From Mizuhopecten yessoensis (Eukaryota): DNA of 64,000 bases. Position 1 is the stretch's first letter; each line of letters opens with the position of its first letter. The notes under the pieces were generated by a model. That model saw only the letters and a list, made by a program, of their open reading frames with translations. It was not told the origin of the DNA and did not search any database. The position numbers and the translations under genes were made by a program. Positions 61,696-64,000 of the stretch are shown here, one piece after another. The stretch lies in assembly GCF_002113885.1 (NCBI RefSeq), contig NW_018406583.1:873478-937477 (forward strand). Direction: 5' to 3'.

Positions 61696-63652
61696 GAATA
61701 AGCCACTCTGAAGCGCTTTAGTAAAATGTAAACATTCTTGAAATTATCTTCATTTGTTCCTACATCTGATCAGTATGTTGTGAAACAATAAAAGAAACAT
61801 TTCACTCACAGGAATATGGGCAATATAATTTACCTTTTTTACCAGAATTCTTTTCAGAAAATAGTCACTGGTGTTGATTCACTCAGCTTGTCATGCATAC
61901 TGGCAGGAAGTTGTAAGCTTCAGAATTTTAATCTAAATCCAAACTTGTCATGTAAAACTGTTAGACATCAGGATGTTATCTTAAACTATCAAAATATTCC
62001 CTCTCATTAACGACCAGATTTAGTATACACCAGTATGGGTGGGGCCAAATGACCACTTTCGAAAGCTTCTTTCTCATTGTAGAGTGGGAAGTCATCACAC
62101 TATGATAACAAAGTCCACATACTCCTTTACTTGTAATGATTTAAAGTGTCTTGTAACACAACCAATGAGAGTTTCTATGTGAAGTTCTGATGACTAGTAC
62201 GGTATGTACACTGTCACCTTCATCAGACAAATGACCAGTGGAGTGTATGCACACAAAGGTGTAAAATATGTACAAGTTGTCCACAAAATCGATGACGATT
62301 CGGCTACCCTGACCAAGTCTTAAGCAAAGTGTACATATATTACGAGTGTACATATGCTTACAGCATATAACCGAATCAACATTGATTTTGTGGACAACTT
62401 GTATTGGTTGTGTAAAAAGAACTTTTCATAATCCATACTCACTTACCTGAAGAAAATGTTTAGAAAGATTTACAGTGTTGTTGTAGAAAAATAACAATAT
62501 TTGAAAAAAAAAATGTTATATGTTATATAATTATATGTTAAACGTATTAGAATTGACTATTGAGTGTCCATATTGGCAATTTGAACATGAAATCGGTTTG
62601 AATGCAAGATCTCCATTATAGAAATGTAAAAAAAAATGTACNCAGATATTGTCGATGTGGGTTCCCCATCGGAGATCAGACAAGAATAAGCCACTCTGAA
62701 GCGCTTTAGTAAAATGTAAACAATTCTTGAAATTATCTTCATTTGTTCCTACATCTGATCAGTATGTTGTGAAACAATAAAAGAAACATTTCACTCACAG
62801 GAATATGGGCAATATAATTTACCTTTTTTACCAGAATTCTTTTCAGAAAATAGTCACTGGTGTTGATTCACTCAGCTTGTCATGCATACTGGCAGGAAGT
62901 TGTAAGCATCAGAGTTTTAATCTAAATCCAAACTTGTCATGTAAAACTGTTTGACAACAGGATGTTATCTTAAACTATTGAAATATTCCCTCTCATTAAC
63001 GACCAGATTTAGTATACACCAGTATGGGTTGGGCCAAATGACCACTTTCGAAAGCTTCTTTCTCATTGTAGAGTGATAAGTCATCACACTATGATAACAA
63101 AGTCCACATACTCCTTTACTTTTAATGATTTAAATTGTCTTTTAACACAATCAATGAGAGTTTCTATGTGACGTTTTGATGACTAGTACGATATGTACAC
63201 TGTCACCTTCATCCGACAAATGACCAGTGAAGTGTATGCACACAAAGGTGTAAAATGTGTACGAGTTGTCCACAAAATCGATGTGGATTCGGCTACGCTG
63301 ACCAAGTCTTAAGCAAAGCGTAGCTGAATCGAGTCATTTTGGTACATATATTACAACGAGTGTACATATGCTTACAGCATAACCGAATCAACATTGATTT
63401 TGTGGACAACTCGTATTGGTTGTGTAAAAAGAACTTTTCATAATCCATACTTACTTACCTGAAGAAAATGTTTAGAAAGATTTACAGTGTTGTTTTAGAA
63501 AAATAACAATATTTAAAAAAAAAAAAGTTATATGTTATATAATTATATGTTAAACGTATTAGAATTGACTATTGAGTGTCCATATTGGCAATTTGAACAT
63601 GAAATCGGTTTGAATGCAAGATCTCCATTATAGAAATGTAAAAAAAATGTAC
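61655..63652. repeat. ~1-kb near-identical tandem duplication (61655-62641 and 62643-63652) separated by one N
   Basis: Both copies start cagatattgtcgatgtgggttcccc and end aaaatgtac; scattered SNPs and a ~22-bp indel. Confidence 0.93.
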
Positions 63653-64000
63653 TAGTTGTAGATATATTCAATAAAATTCAACAACAAAATTCCACACTTA
63701 TGGATGTTGCCATTGTGAGAATGTTATATATAATCATTAACACTTGCCGTTGTCTAGAGCGAAGTCAAAGAGTCTGTAGGGCATATCTCACCTAGTGTTG
63801 CCTACAGTTACCAAACTATGTGTGTGAACACCTATTGGGATGACGGGAGAGTTGTACACTGAAGTCAGGTCTCGTGCCATACTGTATAAAGAGTTATACA
63901 GTATCTGTTTGTTCCTTGTACATGCCCGGTAACTTTGTCTAGAGCATATCTCTAACACTGTCCTATACCAGGGATTTAACAGGGTATTTTTATTTGGTAA

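Overview
AT-rich eukaryotic (invertebrate, most likely mollusc/bivalve-type) genomic DNA, not prokaryotic. From 6 to 47 kb it holds a tandem cluster of seven single-coding-exon GT31 glycosyltransferase genes (beta-1,3-galactosyl/GlcNAc-transferase, brainiac/BRE-5-like): four on + and three on -, converging at about 35 kb. Together they encode 11 GT31 domains. Four genes are two-domain fusions, and in three of those one or both domains have lost the DxD and other metal-binding residues while the ORF stays open, which suggests enzyme/pseudoenzyme pairs. One single-domain copy carries a single in-frame TAA. Two copies have an atypical C-terminal hydrophobic tail (TM- or GPI-signal-like). From about 50.9 kb a divergently oriented multi-exon gene on + encodes an IQ-motif protein; the ORF track misses it, and I reconstructed it from splice sites, including a GC-AG intron. 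The rest is repeats: three minisatellites (30, 65 and 32 bp), Helentron-type HINEs, tRNA-derived SINEs, LINE 3' fragments, several MITE/hairpin families, a 3.6-kb TIR element, a Penelope-type minimal hammerhead ribozyme motif, and a ~1-kb near-identical duplication around a single N that is probably an assembly artefact. All calls were made by eye without database searches.
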